NCBI GenBank assembly: GCA_963771075.1
Contig: CAVYSE010000009.1
Span: 1 to 64,000 of the forward strand
DNA: 64,000 nucleotides
Origin: a candidate division FCPU426 bacterium
GTDB taxonomy: Bacteria; Oederibacteriota; Muellerivitia; Muellerivitales; Muellerivitaceae
Direction: 5' to 3'
Below the pieces are notes generated by a model. The model saw nothing but the letters and a program-made list of their open reading frames with translations, searched no databases and was not told the origin of the DNA. This document shows positions 1 to 8,794 of this stretch, piece after piece (positions within the stretch are counted from its first letter, which is position 1; each line of letters opens with the position of its first letter). Made by a program: the position numbers and the translations under genes.

Positions 1-27
1 TCCGCGACCGACGAAAATAAGGGTTTT

Positions 28-1620
28 TTGCTAAACGGGAAAATCCTGCTTTCCCTGGCCGATCTGGAAGACCTGGCCCTGGTAGAAAAGGCCCTACGGG
101 AAGTCTTGGACGACTACCTGACCGAACCCCAGGTGAAGGGCCTGGTTGTCCATATCCAAGAAGGCGGAGCCGCGGAGGGCTACCGACCCACAGTTAAGTC
201 TAAAGTTAAACCTGAGCCAGGCTCCCCGGCAAAGGGCCCTTCTGCCCCCACACCCCATCCATCCGGCGCTATGCCCAAAGATCAACCCGGTCCCCATCAT
301 GATAAGAAGCCTCATTCCACCCATTCCCAACCCCAAGGCAATGGATCGATAAATACGGCAATCAAGAAAGATCCGGGTGAGTCTCACGCCGATACCCCAA
401 TGGTATCGGCACAGACAGGTCATGGTCGTCGCCTTGAGAGCGACGACCAGTCGTTATTTTGGGGCACAATGGCCGGCATCCCCTGGATCAAGGCCATTCG
501 GGCCAAAATCAAGGCAGGGCAAGACCTCGCCCTCTGGGAAAAGCTGTTCTTGGTGGCGGCCTTCTTTGGCCGGATCTTGCATTGGCTATGGCATACGACC
601 TGGCCCATTGCCAAGGGTTCTTTCAGGTGGGTTGGGCGACACCTGAAAAAGGCCTTGAACGCCACCCTGAGGCTCCTGGGGGAGGTGGTAGGCAAGCCCG
701 CCAAGAAAATAACCCAGGGCGTGGTGGGTATCGCCTTGGTAGTGGGCCTGGCTTATGGGCTCTATCTGTTCTTCTTCCACTCGGCGGGTTTGAGGGGGTT
801 GGTGAGCCGGACCGCCTCTGGGGTAATCCATTGGGTGGGGTCTTGGGTAAACCCTTGGGAAGGCGAAAGTAAAGCCATTCCTCAACCACTACCCACGACA
901 ATTCCAACCCCGGGAACTTCAAATCCAACACAAAGACACGAAGACACAAAGGAAGGCACGAATGTTGGTTTCAGTGAAACCCAAAACCCAACAACTTCCA
1001 CCACTCATATTTCGCCTAAAGCTTCCCTGCCCTCTGTTCCGAGGTCTCAAACCGAGGAACAAGGTTTGAGCGCGCCAATTCCGGAAAAGGGAATTGGTGC
1101 TCTGGCTGCGAACCGTCGACTGCCGACTAAATCGGCCCCATCGGCTACCGATAATAGACCTTCGACTAACCCTTCGGGCCAGTCCCAGTTGGATCTTCTC
1201 AACCAAATCAACGCGGAATCAAAAACCGCCCAGGCTTTCGCCCAGGCCTTTTACACGGCGGATTACAACGACCTGTTGGGCAGGAGAACCAAACTCAACA
1301 AATATTTGAGCCCAGGCTATTCCAGCGCTTTTTTCAAAGCCTTTCCAATCGCTTTGAAGATCAAGGAAATCGGCGAACATAAGCTGGTTGAAAGTTTCAA
1401 GCCCTCGGGCGACGCGAAACTTTTGAGGTCGGACGATCAATCGGAGGAATTCCAAGTGGAGGGCACCTTGGTCACCCGGAGTGAGATGGATATTACGGAC
1501 CCCGTCACCACCCAAAAACCCGCGGGGTTGGTGATTGACCTCTCCCGTGAGCCCGAGTCGAAGGGGCTGGTGACCGGCGTGAGGGAAATGGTTTTTCCGG
1601 GAAAAAAGGGTAGCCCGTAA
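28..1620 (+). CDS. Membrane-anchored hypothetical protein with Pro/Thr-rich linker and possible VirB8/TrbF-like C-terminal domain (probably 5'-truncated by the window edge)
   Basis: 530-aa ORF with hydrophobic segments (LWEKLFLVAAFFG; GVVGIALVVGLAYGLYLFFF) and low-complexity linkers. The C-terminal ~140 aa (AQAFAQAFYTADY...FQVEGTLVTR) resembles NTF2-fold conjugation proteins, judged by eye only. Confidence 0.55.
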   Translation: MLNGKILLSLADLEDLALVEKALREVLDDYLTEPQVKGLVVHIQEGGAAEGYRPTVKSKVKPEPGSPAKGPSAPTPHPSGAMPKDQPGPHHDKKPHSTHSQPQGNGSINTAIKKDPGESHADTPMVSAQTGHGRRLESDDQSLFWGTMAGIPWIKAIRAKIKAGQDLALWEKLFLVAAFFGRILHWLWHTTWPIAKGSFRWVGRHLKKALNATLRLLGEVVGKPAKKITQGVVGIALVVGLAYGLYLFFFHSAGLRGLVSRTASGVIHWVGSWVNPWEGESKAIPQPLPTTIPTPGTSNPTQRHEDTKEGTNVGFSETQNPTTSTTHISPKASLPSVPRSQTEEQGLSAPIPEKGIGALAANRRLPTKSAPSATDNRPSTNPSGQSQLDLLNQINAESKTAQAFAQAFYTADYNDLLGRRTKLNKYLSPGYSSAFFKAFPIALKIKEIGEHKLVESFKPSGDAKLLRSDDQSEEFQVEGTLVTRSEMDITDPVTTQKPAGLVIDLSREPESKGLVTGVREMVFPGKKGSP

Positions 1621-1867
1621 AACAATTCTTTAAGCACTTCAAGAAAAGATCCAATTACAAAGAAATAATTTTTATGCTCTTGCCTGCTCATGGCGGCGGC
1701 TCCGAAAACGACCCCTTCAACCCGCCCTGCAGGGCGGTACGGCTGGTCGCGCCGTGAGGGAAGCGGTTGTTTTAGCGGCCAAACTAGGGTGTCCACTAAA
1801 TCGGGGAAGTCCACATGACCAAAGGGGGTAAAATAGTCGTTATAGGGTTGCTATGAGGCCATTCCTC

Positions 1868-2050
1868 AAGTTCAATTAAGCCCACCCGTCAGCCTTTTGG
1901 TTTCGCGGATTCACGCTGCTATTCGTGCTCGAGGCACAAGTTAAAAATTCGATAATCCAGTAGGGAAGCCACCAGCTGTCCATCGTGCCTTACGGCACCA
2001 CCAAATTCCGTGGTCATTCCAAAGGGATCGAATCACAAAACCGAGGCTGA
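1868..2050 (-). ncRNA. Putative bridge/seek RNA of the IS1111-type element
   Basis: Non-coding ~200 bp downstream of the transposase. Contains TGTCCA (1977-1982, matches the target from the core) and CTGCTAT (1916-1922, matches the predicted circle junction ...ACC-TG-CTATG). Boundaries are approximate. Confidence 0.55.
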
Positions 2051-2057
2051 AACCTCT

Positions 2058-3128
2058 TTAGCGCATGGGCCGATACACTTCCTTCCGAACCAACATCGTC
2101 CAAAGGTGAATCAAAAGCTTGTGCGCCATTGCCACAATCGCCTTGTTGACGTGTCCCGTATTACGGACCAGTCGACGAAAAACACGGTAGGCCTGGGTAT
2201 CCTTTTGGATCCATGACCAGGCCGCTTCAACCAAGGTCGCTCTCAAAGTGCCTTTTCCGGCCTTCTGTAAATGGCCTTCCTTCCGGGTTTCACCGCTTTG
2301 CCTGATCCTAGGGGCCAACCCCACGTAAGCCGCCACTTGTTTGGCGTTTTCAAAGCGTTCCGGCTGGTAAATCTCCGTTAATACTTGCAGGGTCGTCACT
2401 TCGCCCACTCCTGGGTGGGTTCTCAGGATCTTGGCCTTTTTCTCGTAGGCCTTCTCCTTCATCATGACCCTCAAACGTATGTTCACGTCCTTGAGCTGCC
2501 TATCAAAGTAAAAAAGATCTTCCAATAGGCGATCCAAGGTGAACCTCAGGGCAGGTGGCAGTTCCATTTCCCGTAATATCCCAATGGCTTCGTGGGTCCA
2601 GTAATCCAACCCTCTGGGAGTTTTGAGCCCATATTGAAGGAAGAAGCTCTTGATCCTTTGTTTGGCCTTGCGTTTCTGCTCGACCATCGCGTTCCTCAAA
2701 CGAACCACCTGCCGGTCAGCTTCTTCCTGGAGGGTTGGGATCGCCACCGCCTTCAGCAATTCTTTCTCCGCATACTCCGCCAGTTTGCTACAGTCCAAAC
2801 GGTCGGATTTTGTTTCAAACTGCGACACGCGAGGAGTCTTGTGCGGGGCGATGACATCCAATGGGTATCCCTCCTCCCGAAGGCGGCGGGCCAGGCCAAA
2901 ACCGGTAGGGCCTGCCTCGTAGACGACCTTTTTCAACCCCACCCGATAAGGCGCCAGGACCTTCACCACCGCCTCCCAGTCCGCTGTCAGGGACTTTGTT
3001 CCGACTTCCTTTCCGTTAATCCTGATTGCCATATAAATACTTCGTTTGTGGACATCCAATCCCACAAACACAGCGTCCCGCTTGGATACCTCCTTGCCTC
3101 GGTATCCTTTTTTGCTAATCTGTTTCAT
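2058..3128 (-). CDS. IS110-family transposase/recombinase (DEDD RuvC-like plus C-terminal Tnp domain)
   Basis: Motifs FVGLDVHK, YEAGPTGF, KSDRLD, HPGVG, AAYVGLAP..QSG. A GGAGGA RBS precedes the ATG at 3128 (alternative start 3134). Confidence 0.93.
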   Translation of the reverse strand: MKQISKKGYRGKEVSKRDAVFVGLDVHKRSIYMAIRINGKEVGTKSLTADWEAVVKVLAPYRVGLKKVVYEAGPTGFGLARRLREEGYPLDVIAPHKTPRVSQFETKSDRLDCSKLAEYAEKELLKAVAIPTLQEEADRQVVRLRNAMVEQKRKAKQRIKSFFLQYGLKTPRGLDYWTHEAIGILREMELPPALRFTLDRLLEDLFYFDRQLKDVNIRLRVMMKEKAYEKKAKILRTHPGVGEVTTLQVLTEIYQPERFENAKQVAAYVGLAPRIRQSGETRKEGHLQKAGKGTLRATLVEAAWSWIQKDTQAYRVFRRLVRNTGHVNKAIVAMAHKLLIHLWTMLVRKEVYRPMR

Positions 3129-3203
3129 GGCCATTCCTCCTTGTGAGTTGCCTGCTCACCGGGACTAGTTTAATCCCGGCGGAGGAATGGCCTTCATGTT
3201 ACC

Positions 3204-3232
3204 TGTCCACGACGGGGACCCAGAGTGGACAA
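3204..3232 (+). repeat. 30-bp palindromic site R1 (left edge interrupted by the IS)
   Basis: TGTCCACGACGGGGACCCAGAGTGGACAA. Confidence 0.9.
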
Positions 3233-3250
3233 GTAAAAATAGGAAATTAA

Positions 3251-3676
3251 ATGAAGCGCGACATACCAAAAATCAAATACATCTCCCGAAACCAAAAAGA
3301 ATTCGGGAAAAAACTTCTTCACAAGTTATCGGCCTTCAACAAAAGCAAGGTGGGTGATGTTGGTTGGATGAGTCTAAACCTAGAGATGGTCGATAAGAAC
3401 GGGAAATTCATGGGTGGTCTCACCGGGTCCAGTTTTTTGTGATGGTTTTACGTGGACATCCTTTTCGTGGATGAGAAATATCGTGAGCAGGAAATCGGGA
3501 AAAGGCTTCTCCGAGAGGCCGAAACTTGGGCGAAGAAAAATGGATGCCGAAACATTAATTTGAACACAATCACTTTCCAAGCACCGGGATTTTATCGAAA
3601 GATGGGCTACTGGGTTTTTGGAAAATTAATCTATCCCAAGGGAAATGTCAGATACTATTTTAAGAAAAAGCTATAG
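3251..3676 (+). pseudogene. GNAT-family acetyltransferase with in-frame TGA at 3440-3442
   Basis: ORFs 3251-3442 and 3452-3676 share one frame: GGLTGSSFL*WFYVDILFVDEKYREQEIGKRLL...FQAPGFYRKMGY, with GNAT motifs A and B. Confidence 0.8.
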
Positions 3677-3677
3677 G

Positions 3678-3707
3678 TTGTCCACGACGGGGAGGTGGAA
3701 TGGATGA
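3678..3707 (+). repeat. 30-bp site R2 (left half intact, right half degenerate)
   Basis: TTGTCCACGACGGGGAGGTGGAATGGATGA, 1 bp after the GNAT stop codon. Confidence 0.75.
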
Positions 3708-3780
3708 TGCTCTAAGTGTTAGGGTTTAATATTCTCGCGCTACGGGGCAGTCAACGGAATGTTTGAAATCATCCCCGGCT

Positions 3781-5955
3781 TTAATGGGTGGGACGCAGGT
3801 CATAAAGTTGTTGGCCGCCCTGTCGTCTCCCGAAGCCCCCGTTGAAGTTGTTGGCCGCCGCGGCCATTCGGGCGTCTTCCCGTGGGTTCGACAATTTCCA
3901 TAATTTGAGGTCCACCGGCTTGCCGTTTTCCCGGACCCATTTGCTGATGTCCGCCTGAAAACCGCCCTGGTTTCCAAAACCACCCCCGCCCCAAACACCC
4001 CAGCCGCCCGCCGCGTTGGCGTTATTGGCATTGGCTGTTTGGACAGGCCGTTGGTTGGGCTCGGCTTGCTGGCCGTAAGGATTGCCAAAACCGCCGCCCA
4101 AAAGAAAATAACGGAATTGATGGTCCTTTACCATTTGCGCGAATTGCTCCACCGTGCAGGTGGCGTCGCGGCCGCCGAAGCCGCCGATGGCCAGCACGGG
4201 CGCGCCATATTTAATAATCAAGGGGGAAACAGCCATGCTGTTTTGGGCCGCCAGCAGGTATTTCTCGTCCTGGTGATTCGCCATTAAAAATTGCATGAGC
4301 TTATCGTTGTTCATGGTGTTTTGGCCGCCGCCGAACATTCCCCGGCCGCCGCGATCCCCACTGATCAAATTAGGATTGGCCTCCACCGAACCGCCGTTGC
4401 CCAGAACGGGCGTGAGGGCCCAGGCGAAGGGTGAAAGGAAAATCGCGAAAAGGGCCAGGGTGAAGGCCCGCTTTTCCCAGGTCAGGGGACCGGTTCGGGA
4501 CTTGGCCGAATCGGTCACGGAGGAAAGGCCGAGCAAGGCGAAGGTGAGCGCGATCAAAAGAATCGGAATCAGCCAGGCTCCCCAGTCCGGATAATCCGAA
4601 ATGAAATAAGCCTGCCAAACCCCTGTCAGAAAAAGCGTTAGGGGAAGAACGCGGCTTGGGGGTTTTTGGGTGTAATCCAACCAGAGGGCCCGGATGCCGA
4701 TGCCGGTCAGGGCCGCCAGGGGCGCCGACAGCATCACCAGGTAATAGTTATGCACGCCTGCGGCCATAAAACTGAAGACGGCGACGTACATGAAAACCCA
4801 TGCTCCCCACATGAAGAGGGTTTGATGATTTTCCAGCAAGGGTGATTTTTTTTGGCTTCGCCTCCACTGAACGATCAGGCCGATCAGGCATAAGGGTAAA
4901 AACCAGAGAACCTGTCCCGCCATGCCGGGATCGCCCAGCCTCAAAAGGCCGGGAACGCCCGTGGCGATCCACATCACGATGCGGTTGGGCGCGTTGGGCC
5001 CTCCCCGGCGGCCCCAGCCCCGAAACTGCGGGGGAGCTCCCGGCGGATTGCCTGTGGGGGTTTGAGCCGGGGCGGCGATGGACGAAGGCGCGGTTCCGGT
5101 AACGGACGCCGGGGTGGAGGTGGCGGGGGGGCGTTGGCGGCCCGGGTTGTGGATGATGCGCTGTAATCCGTTCCATCCCAGGGAAAGGCTAATCATGGAA
5201 CCATCCTGCGTGCTTCCTGCGAAGGGCCTTTGGCCGATCGGCGTGAAATCAAACGTGAGGGGCCAGGCCAGGGCCACCACGGCGACCACCAGGGTGGCCA
5301 GGGTAAGGTCTCTTAAACGTTTTTTTAAATTTCCGGGAGCGCCCAGGAAGTATAACAGGTAAAAAGCCGGCAGGACGATAAAGGCCACCATCATCTTGGT
5401 GTTGAAGCCGATCCCCACCAACACCATGGAGACCAGCAACCATTTCAGCTTGCCCCCTTCGGCGGCCTTGGCGATGAAGCAGGCGGCCAAAAGTAAAATC
5501 ATCGCCAAGCAGCCATCGGTGTCGTTGTACCGGTCCACCGCCACGCTGATAGGACAAACGGCCAAAGTGAAAGCGGCCAAAAGGGCCGCACACGAATCGA
5601 AACGGCGGCGAACCAAATAATAGACCAGGCCGATGGAGCAAAGCCCCTCCAGCATTTGGGGCAGGATCAACACGGGCACCTTATAACCGAACAACTTGGC
5701 GAAAATGGTTTGGACCCAGAGGGCCACCGGGGGTTTGTCCACCGTCACGAATCCGCCCGGGTCGAAGGAATCATAAAAGAAATTGTGCCAGCTCATGGTC
5801 ATGCTTCGGACCGTGGCGGCGTAATAGGAATTACAAAACCCGTTCTTCTGAACGTCCCAGAGACGGAGCGTGACGGCCAGAAGAAAGATGGCGGCCAAAA
5901 AAACCTTTTCCCAGAGCGGTTTGAGAGGGGATGCTGTTTTTGATGTTATGCCCAT
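3781..5955 (-). CDS. GT-C family 39 (ArnT/PMT-like, YkcB-like) membrane glycosyltransferase
   Basis: Motifs NSYYAATVRSM..SWHNFFY, FVTVDKPP, GFNTKM; many TM helices; Gly-rich inserts; C-terminal IGGFGGRD domain. Confidence 0.85.
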   Translation of the reverse strand: MGITSKTASPLKPLWEKVFLAAIFLLAVTLRLWDVQKNGFCNSYYAATVRSMTMSWHNFFYDSFDPGGFVTVDKPPVALWVQTIFAKLFGYKVPVLILPQMLEGLCSIGLVYYLVRRRFDSCAALLAAFTLAVCPISVAVDRYNDTDGCLAMILLLAACFIAKAAEGGKLKWLLVSMVLVGIGFNTKMMVAFIVLPAFYLLYFLGAPGNLKKRLRDLTLATLVVAVVALAWPLTFDFTPIGQRPFAGSTQDGSMISLSLGWNGLQRIIHNPGRQRPPATSTPASVTGTAPSSIAAPAQTPTGNPPGAPPQFRGWGRRGGPNAPNRIVMWIATGVPGLLRLGDPGMAGQVLWFLPLCLIGLIVQWRRSQKKSPLLENHQTLFMWGAWVFMYVAVFSFMAAGVHNYYLVMLSAPLAALTGIGIRALWLDYTQKPPSRVLPLTLFLTGVWQAYFISDYPDWGAWLIPILLIALTFALLGLSSVTDSAKSRTGPLTWEKRAFTLALFAIFLSPFAWALTPVLGNGGSVEANPNLISGDRGGRGMFGGGQNTMNNDKLMQFLMANHQDEKYLLAAQNSMAVSPLIIKYGAPVLAIGGFGGRDATCTVEQFAQMVKDHQFRYFLLGGGFGNPYGQQAEPNQRPVQTANANNANAAGGWGVWGGGGFGNQGGFQADISKWVRENGKPVDLKLWKLSNPREDARMAAAANNFNGGFGRRQGGQQLYDLRPTH

Positions 5956-6026
5956 GCGTATCTAGACGTTTGAGCGGATTGTTGCGTGTCAATGCTTAAG
6001 CGGAGTATTTATCCTGCATAGGGCAT

Positions 6027-6057
6027 AAAAAAGCCGAACGGCTTAGGCCGTCCGGCT
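6027..6057 (-). terminator. Intrinsic terminator after 6081-6455
   Basis: Stem GCCGAACGGC-ttag-GCCGTCCGGC next to an A6 run (U-tract on the minus strand). Confidence 0.7.
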
Positions 6058-6080
6058 CGCTGAAAAAGTTTTGCTGCTGG

Positions 6081-6455
6081 TTATTGAGGAATGACGCCGT
6101 TGTTCGCGGCCAGTTCGTCGTTAATCGCCTGGAGTTGATCGGGGGTCAAACCCTTGGTGCCGCTTTCACGGTTTTCCTTAAAGTCGGCCCGAATTTCTTC
6201 CTCGATCGATTTCAACTTGTCGTTGAGCGGGGCGGCGGTATCGGCGGTGAGTTTGCCGTTCTTCAGATCCGCCGCAATGAGCGCTTTTTGTGACTTGATC
6301 TGTTCGTGGATTTTCTCCATGACAGGATTTTTCTTCCAGGCGTGAGTCGGTGTGGTGCTGGCGGCAACGGGTGTGGAATCCTGCGCTAGAGCCAGACCGG
6401 TAGAGCCTATCAACAACAATGATGCGGCAAACGAAACCAAACGTTTCATGATCAT
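6081..6455 (-). CDS. Secreted helical hypothetical protein
   Basis: Signal peptide ending ALA-Q; GGAGGA RBS; followed by a terminator. Confidence 0.75.
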   Translation of the reverse strand: MIMKRLVSFAASLLLIGSTGLALAQDSTPVAASTTPTHAWKKNPVMEKIHEQIKSQKALIAADLKNGKLTADTAAPLNDKLKSIEEEIRADFKENRESGTKGLTPDQLQAINDELAANNGVIPQ

Positions 6456-6842
6456 TCCTCCAAAAATTATTTATTTTCCGGCTTATACCGTTTAGACGAA
6501 ACTGCCTTTTAAAAGGACTCGAAATCAAAGTTAAATTTATTCCTTTCACTTGGGCTATCAAAATGGGAATGGAACCCATTCAAGTTTTATCATCGGAATC
6601 ATCATCGGTAAGAGCCGGAAAGATATTTTTTAATGAATTAAGTATTCTCGTAACGGCTTAGATGCCCATGCGTCTAAATAACATTCAACCAACTGATAAA
6701 TATTTTTAGGAAAATTTATTGAGAATCTGAAAGCCCCTTTTATCCCCGGCCGAATCGTAAGGGCGATTGCCTTTAACTCGATCTATTCCGCTTGTTACGG
6801 AAAAAGACTCTCTTGAAAGGAGAATACCTTGAGTAACGAAAC

Positions 6843-7151
6843 ATGAGTAAAGACGAAATCTTTCTTGTTGGTTTTCTATATGTCCTCGTCATCCTCATCA
6901 GCGTTTCGATATCATCTTTTGGGAGCCAAGCCGCTTCACTTCCCTGGATAAAAACCCTGGTGATTCGGTTGAAAGAGCCGGTCTGTCAAGAGGGGCAACC
7001 CGAAAGGGTTACAGTCAAACCTGATCATTTGGCGCTTCTTATCCCAAAACCTGTTCACGGGTTACGGAAGACGTTTGCTTTACCGCAAACGAGTTTAAAC
7101 ACCGTAAAAAAGATTCCCGCCAAAACGGAAACCACAAAGACTGATACTTGA
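6843..7151 (+). CDS. Hypothetical protein with N-terminal TM/signal segment
   Basis: 102-aa ORF with a hydrophobic N-terminus; ends 56 bp before site R3. Confidence 0.45.
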   Translation: MSKDEIFLVGFLYVLVILISVSISSFGSQAASLPWIKTLVIRLKEPVCQEGQPERVTVKPDHLALLIPKPVHGLRKTFALPQTSLNTVKKIPAKTETTKTDT

Positions 7152-7207
7152 AAAAACCAAATAAAATTAGTAATTTGGCAATCGGATGGTGAATAAGGTT
7201 TGACGCT

Positions 7208-7237
7208 TTGTCCACGACGGGAAGTCTTAGTGGATAA
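7208..7237 (+). repeat. 30-bp site R3 (degenerate, isolated)
   Basis: TTGTCCACGACGGGAAGTCTTAGTGGATAA. Confidence 0.7.
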
Positions 7238-7427
7238 GCCCTTCAAAACCAATGCTTCGAAAAATGAGAAAATTGACCGCGCTTTCCCACCTTTCAAAAA
7301 ATGGATGACATGTCGGTTTCAGGTCATAAAAGTGCTTATTTTAAAGGACCACATCTGGCCTGCGCGACGTCTAAACGTTTGATCCGCGGAAACGCATCCA
7401 ACCTTCTTTTTTGAAAGAGGCAAGAAG

Positions 7428-8717
7428 ATGAATAGATTAACTATGGTATTACTGGCGATTTTTCCTTTCGCCGGGTTCGCTGTTTGGGCCGCGGAGCGGG
7501 AGGGGGGTGCTCCCGCCATGAGACCTGCTGCAGTCAGCCGGCCCGCGCCAGTGGCTCGACAACCTGTGGTTATCAATATGAGCCATGGTTCTAGCGGCGG
7601 ACAAAACCGTAATTTTCCCTCTCAACAACCCCAGATGAACAACCGGCAACCGGTTAACCCGCAACCTTCCTATGGTCAACTGCATTGGAATAACCAAGCC
7701 GCGGCTAGGCCCCCGCTTCAAACGCAAACTCAAGCCAATATCAAAGAAGGTGCGGTGTCGGGTACGGTTTATCAAAGGCCGAGTGTTCAAAATTATTCTC
7801 AGACAGGTGTCAGGGCGGCGGTCGCAGTTCATCACCATGCCTATGCCCAGGGTTATGTGCGCCAGAAATTACAAAAAATGGGTGTCAGCTCCGAGCCCAG
7901 TCTAATTACGGATCGTGCTGAGATGATGAATACGGATAAAACTCATTCCATTATTCGTTTCCCGCAAAAAGGCGCGGATCATCAGCCGATTACCGCGGCG
8001 GTTGTCTCCCCCCGTCATTTTAACGACGGTGTTGTCCGCGATAACATGAAACTGGTGAACAGTTCCGAGTGGCAAAACCATATAAATGGTTTTAATAGTA
8101 CTGAAAATCAAGTCGGTCATTACTATTGGCATAGCGACGAGGGGATCAACTATTGCCATTATCTTGATGCCTCCGGTTACAACTGGTACGGTTGGTATGC
8201 GGGCGACCAATATTTTTGGACCCGCAACTTCAATGGCCGCTGGTGGTGGTACGATTCGGACTTTAACCGCTGGTGCTTCTGGAACAATGACTTCTGGTGG
8301 TGGCAGGACCCCAACCACGTCGGCGACCTGTACTGCTACAACAATGACAATTATATCCCCTCTAACTCCGCCGAGGATCAGGTGGTGGTGACGGCTTCCA
8401 GCGACGCTAATATGCGGTCCATCCCCAGTTCGGATGGAACCCGAATCGTCAAACTGGATGAGCAAACCCAGGACGCTTTCCTTTATGACACTGCGAACCC
8501 GCCGAGTTTTGACCCGGTTTATCTGGCCTCCGGCGTTGAAAGCGTGGAGTTTTCGGATACGAGCAACGGCAGGCCGATGGAAATTATCCTGAAACTTAAC
8601 GACGGGTCTTTTGACCTGTTTGACGCCAAGGGGAACGCCTACAATCCTGGTCTATTGGACGCCGACGAGGCCAAACAGGGCGATACGCCCCCCGCTTCCG
8701 CGCAAACTGGCAGTTAG
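7428..8717 (+). CDS. Secreted hypothetical protein with Trp/Tyr-rich repeat region
   Basis: Signal peptide; Gln/Asn-rich linker; aromatic repeats HYYWH, YNWYGWY, RWWWYD, FWWWQD; acidic C-terminal domain. Confidence 0.8.
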   Translation: MNRLTMVLLAIFPFAGFAVWAAEREGGAPAMRPAAVSRPAPVARQPVVINMSHGSSGGQNRNFPSQQPQMNNRQPVNPQPSYGQLHWNNQAAARPPLQTQTQANIKEGAVSGTVYQRPSVQNYSQTGVRAAVAVHHHAYAQGYVRQKLQKMGVSSEPSLITDRAEMMNTDKTHSIIRFPQKGADHQPITAAVVSPRHFNDGVVRDNMKLVNSSEWQNHINGFNSTENQVGHYYWHSDEGINYCHYLDASGYNWYGWYAGDQYFWTRNFNGRWWWYDSDFNRWCFWNNDFWWWQDPNHVGDLYCYNNDNYIPSNSAEDQVVVTASSDANMRSIPSSDGTRIVKLDEQTQDAFLYDTANPPSFDPVYLASGVESVEFSDTSNGRPMEIILKLNDGSFDLFDAKGNAYNPGLLDADEAKQGDTPPASAQTGS

Positions 8718-8794
8718 TGACTTAGTTCTTAGGCTAGGATTTTATGGAGAGCCACTGACCAAGGGCTTCGACCACAGAGGACAGCCGCCCTTTT

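Larger units (their letters stand above)
1851..3205 (-). mobile_element. IS110-family (IS1111-type) insertion sequence
   Basis: Sub-terminal inverted repeats ATGAGGCCATTCCTC (1853-1867) and GAGGAATGGCCTTCAT (3182-3197); TG dinucleotide at both junctions (1849-50, 3204-05). Deleting the element restores TTGTCCACGACGGGGACCCAGAGTGGACAA. The long non-coding end lies downstream of the transposase. Confidence 0.8.

Noticed and set aside
1789..1818. Two GTCCAC hexamers as a further site copy
   Set aside because: They are direct rather than inverted, and the core and right arm do not align to the consensus.
1976..1982. CTGTCCA as a direct repeat marking the IS end (paired with 3203-3209)
   Set aside because: The sub-terminal inverted repeat at 1853 and the cleaner empty-site reconstruction place the end at about 1851. 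The match is better explained as a guide segment.
3678..3686. TTGTCCAC as DnaA boxes or oriC
   Set aside because: The ninth base is not A, the boxes are arms of a larger palindrome, and they are not clustered as in an origin.
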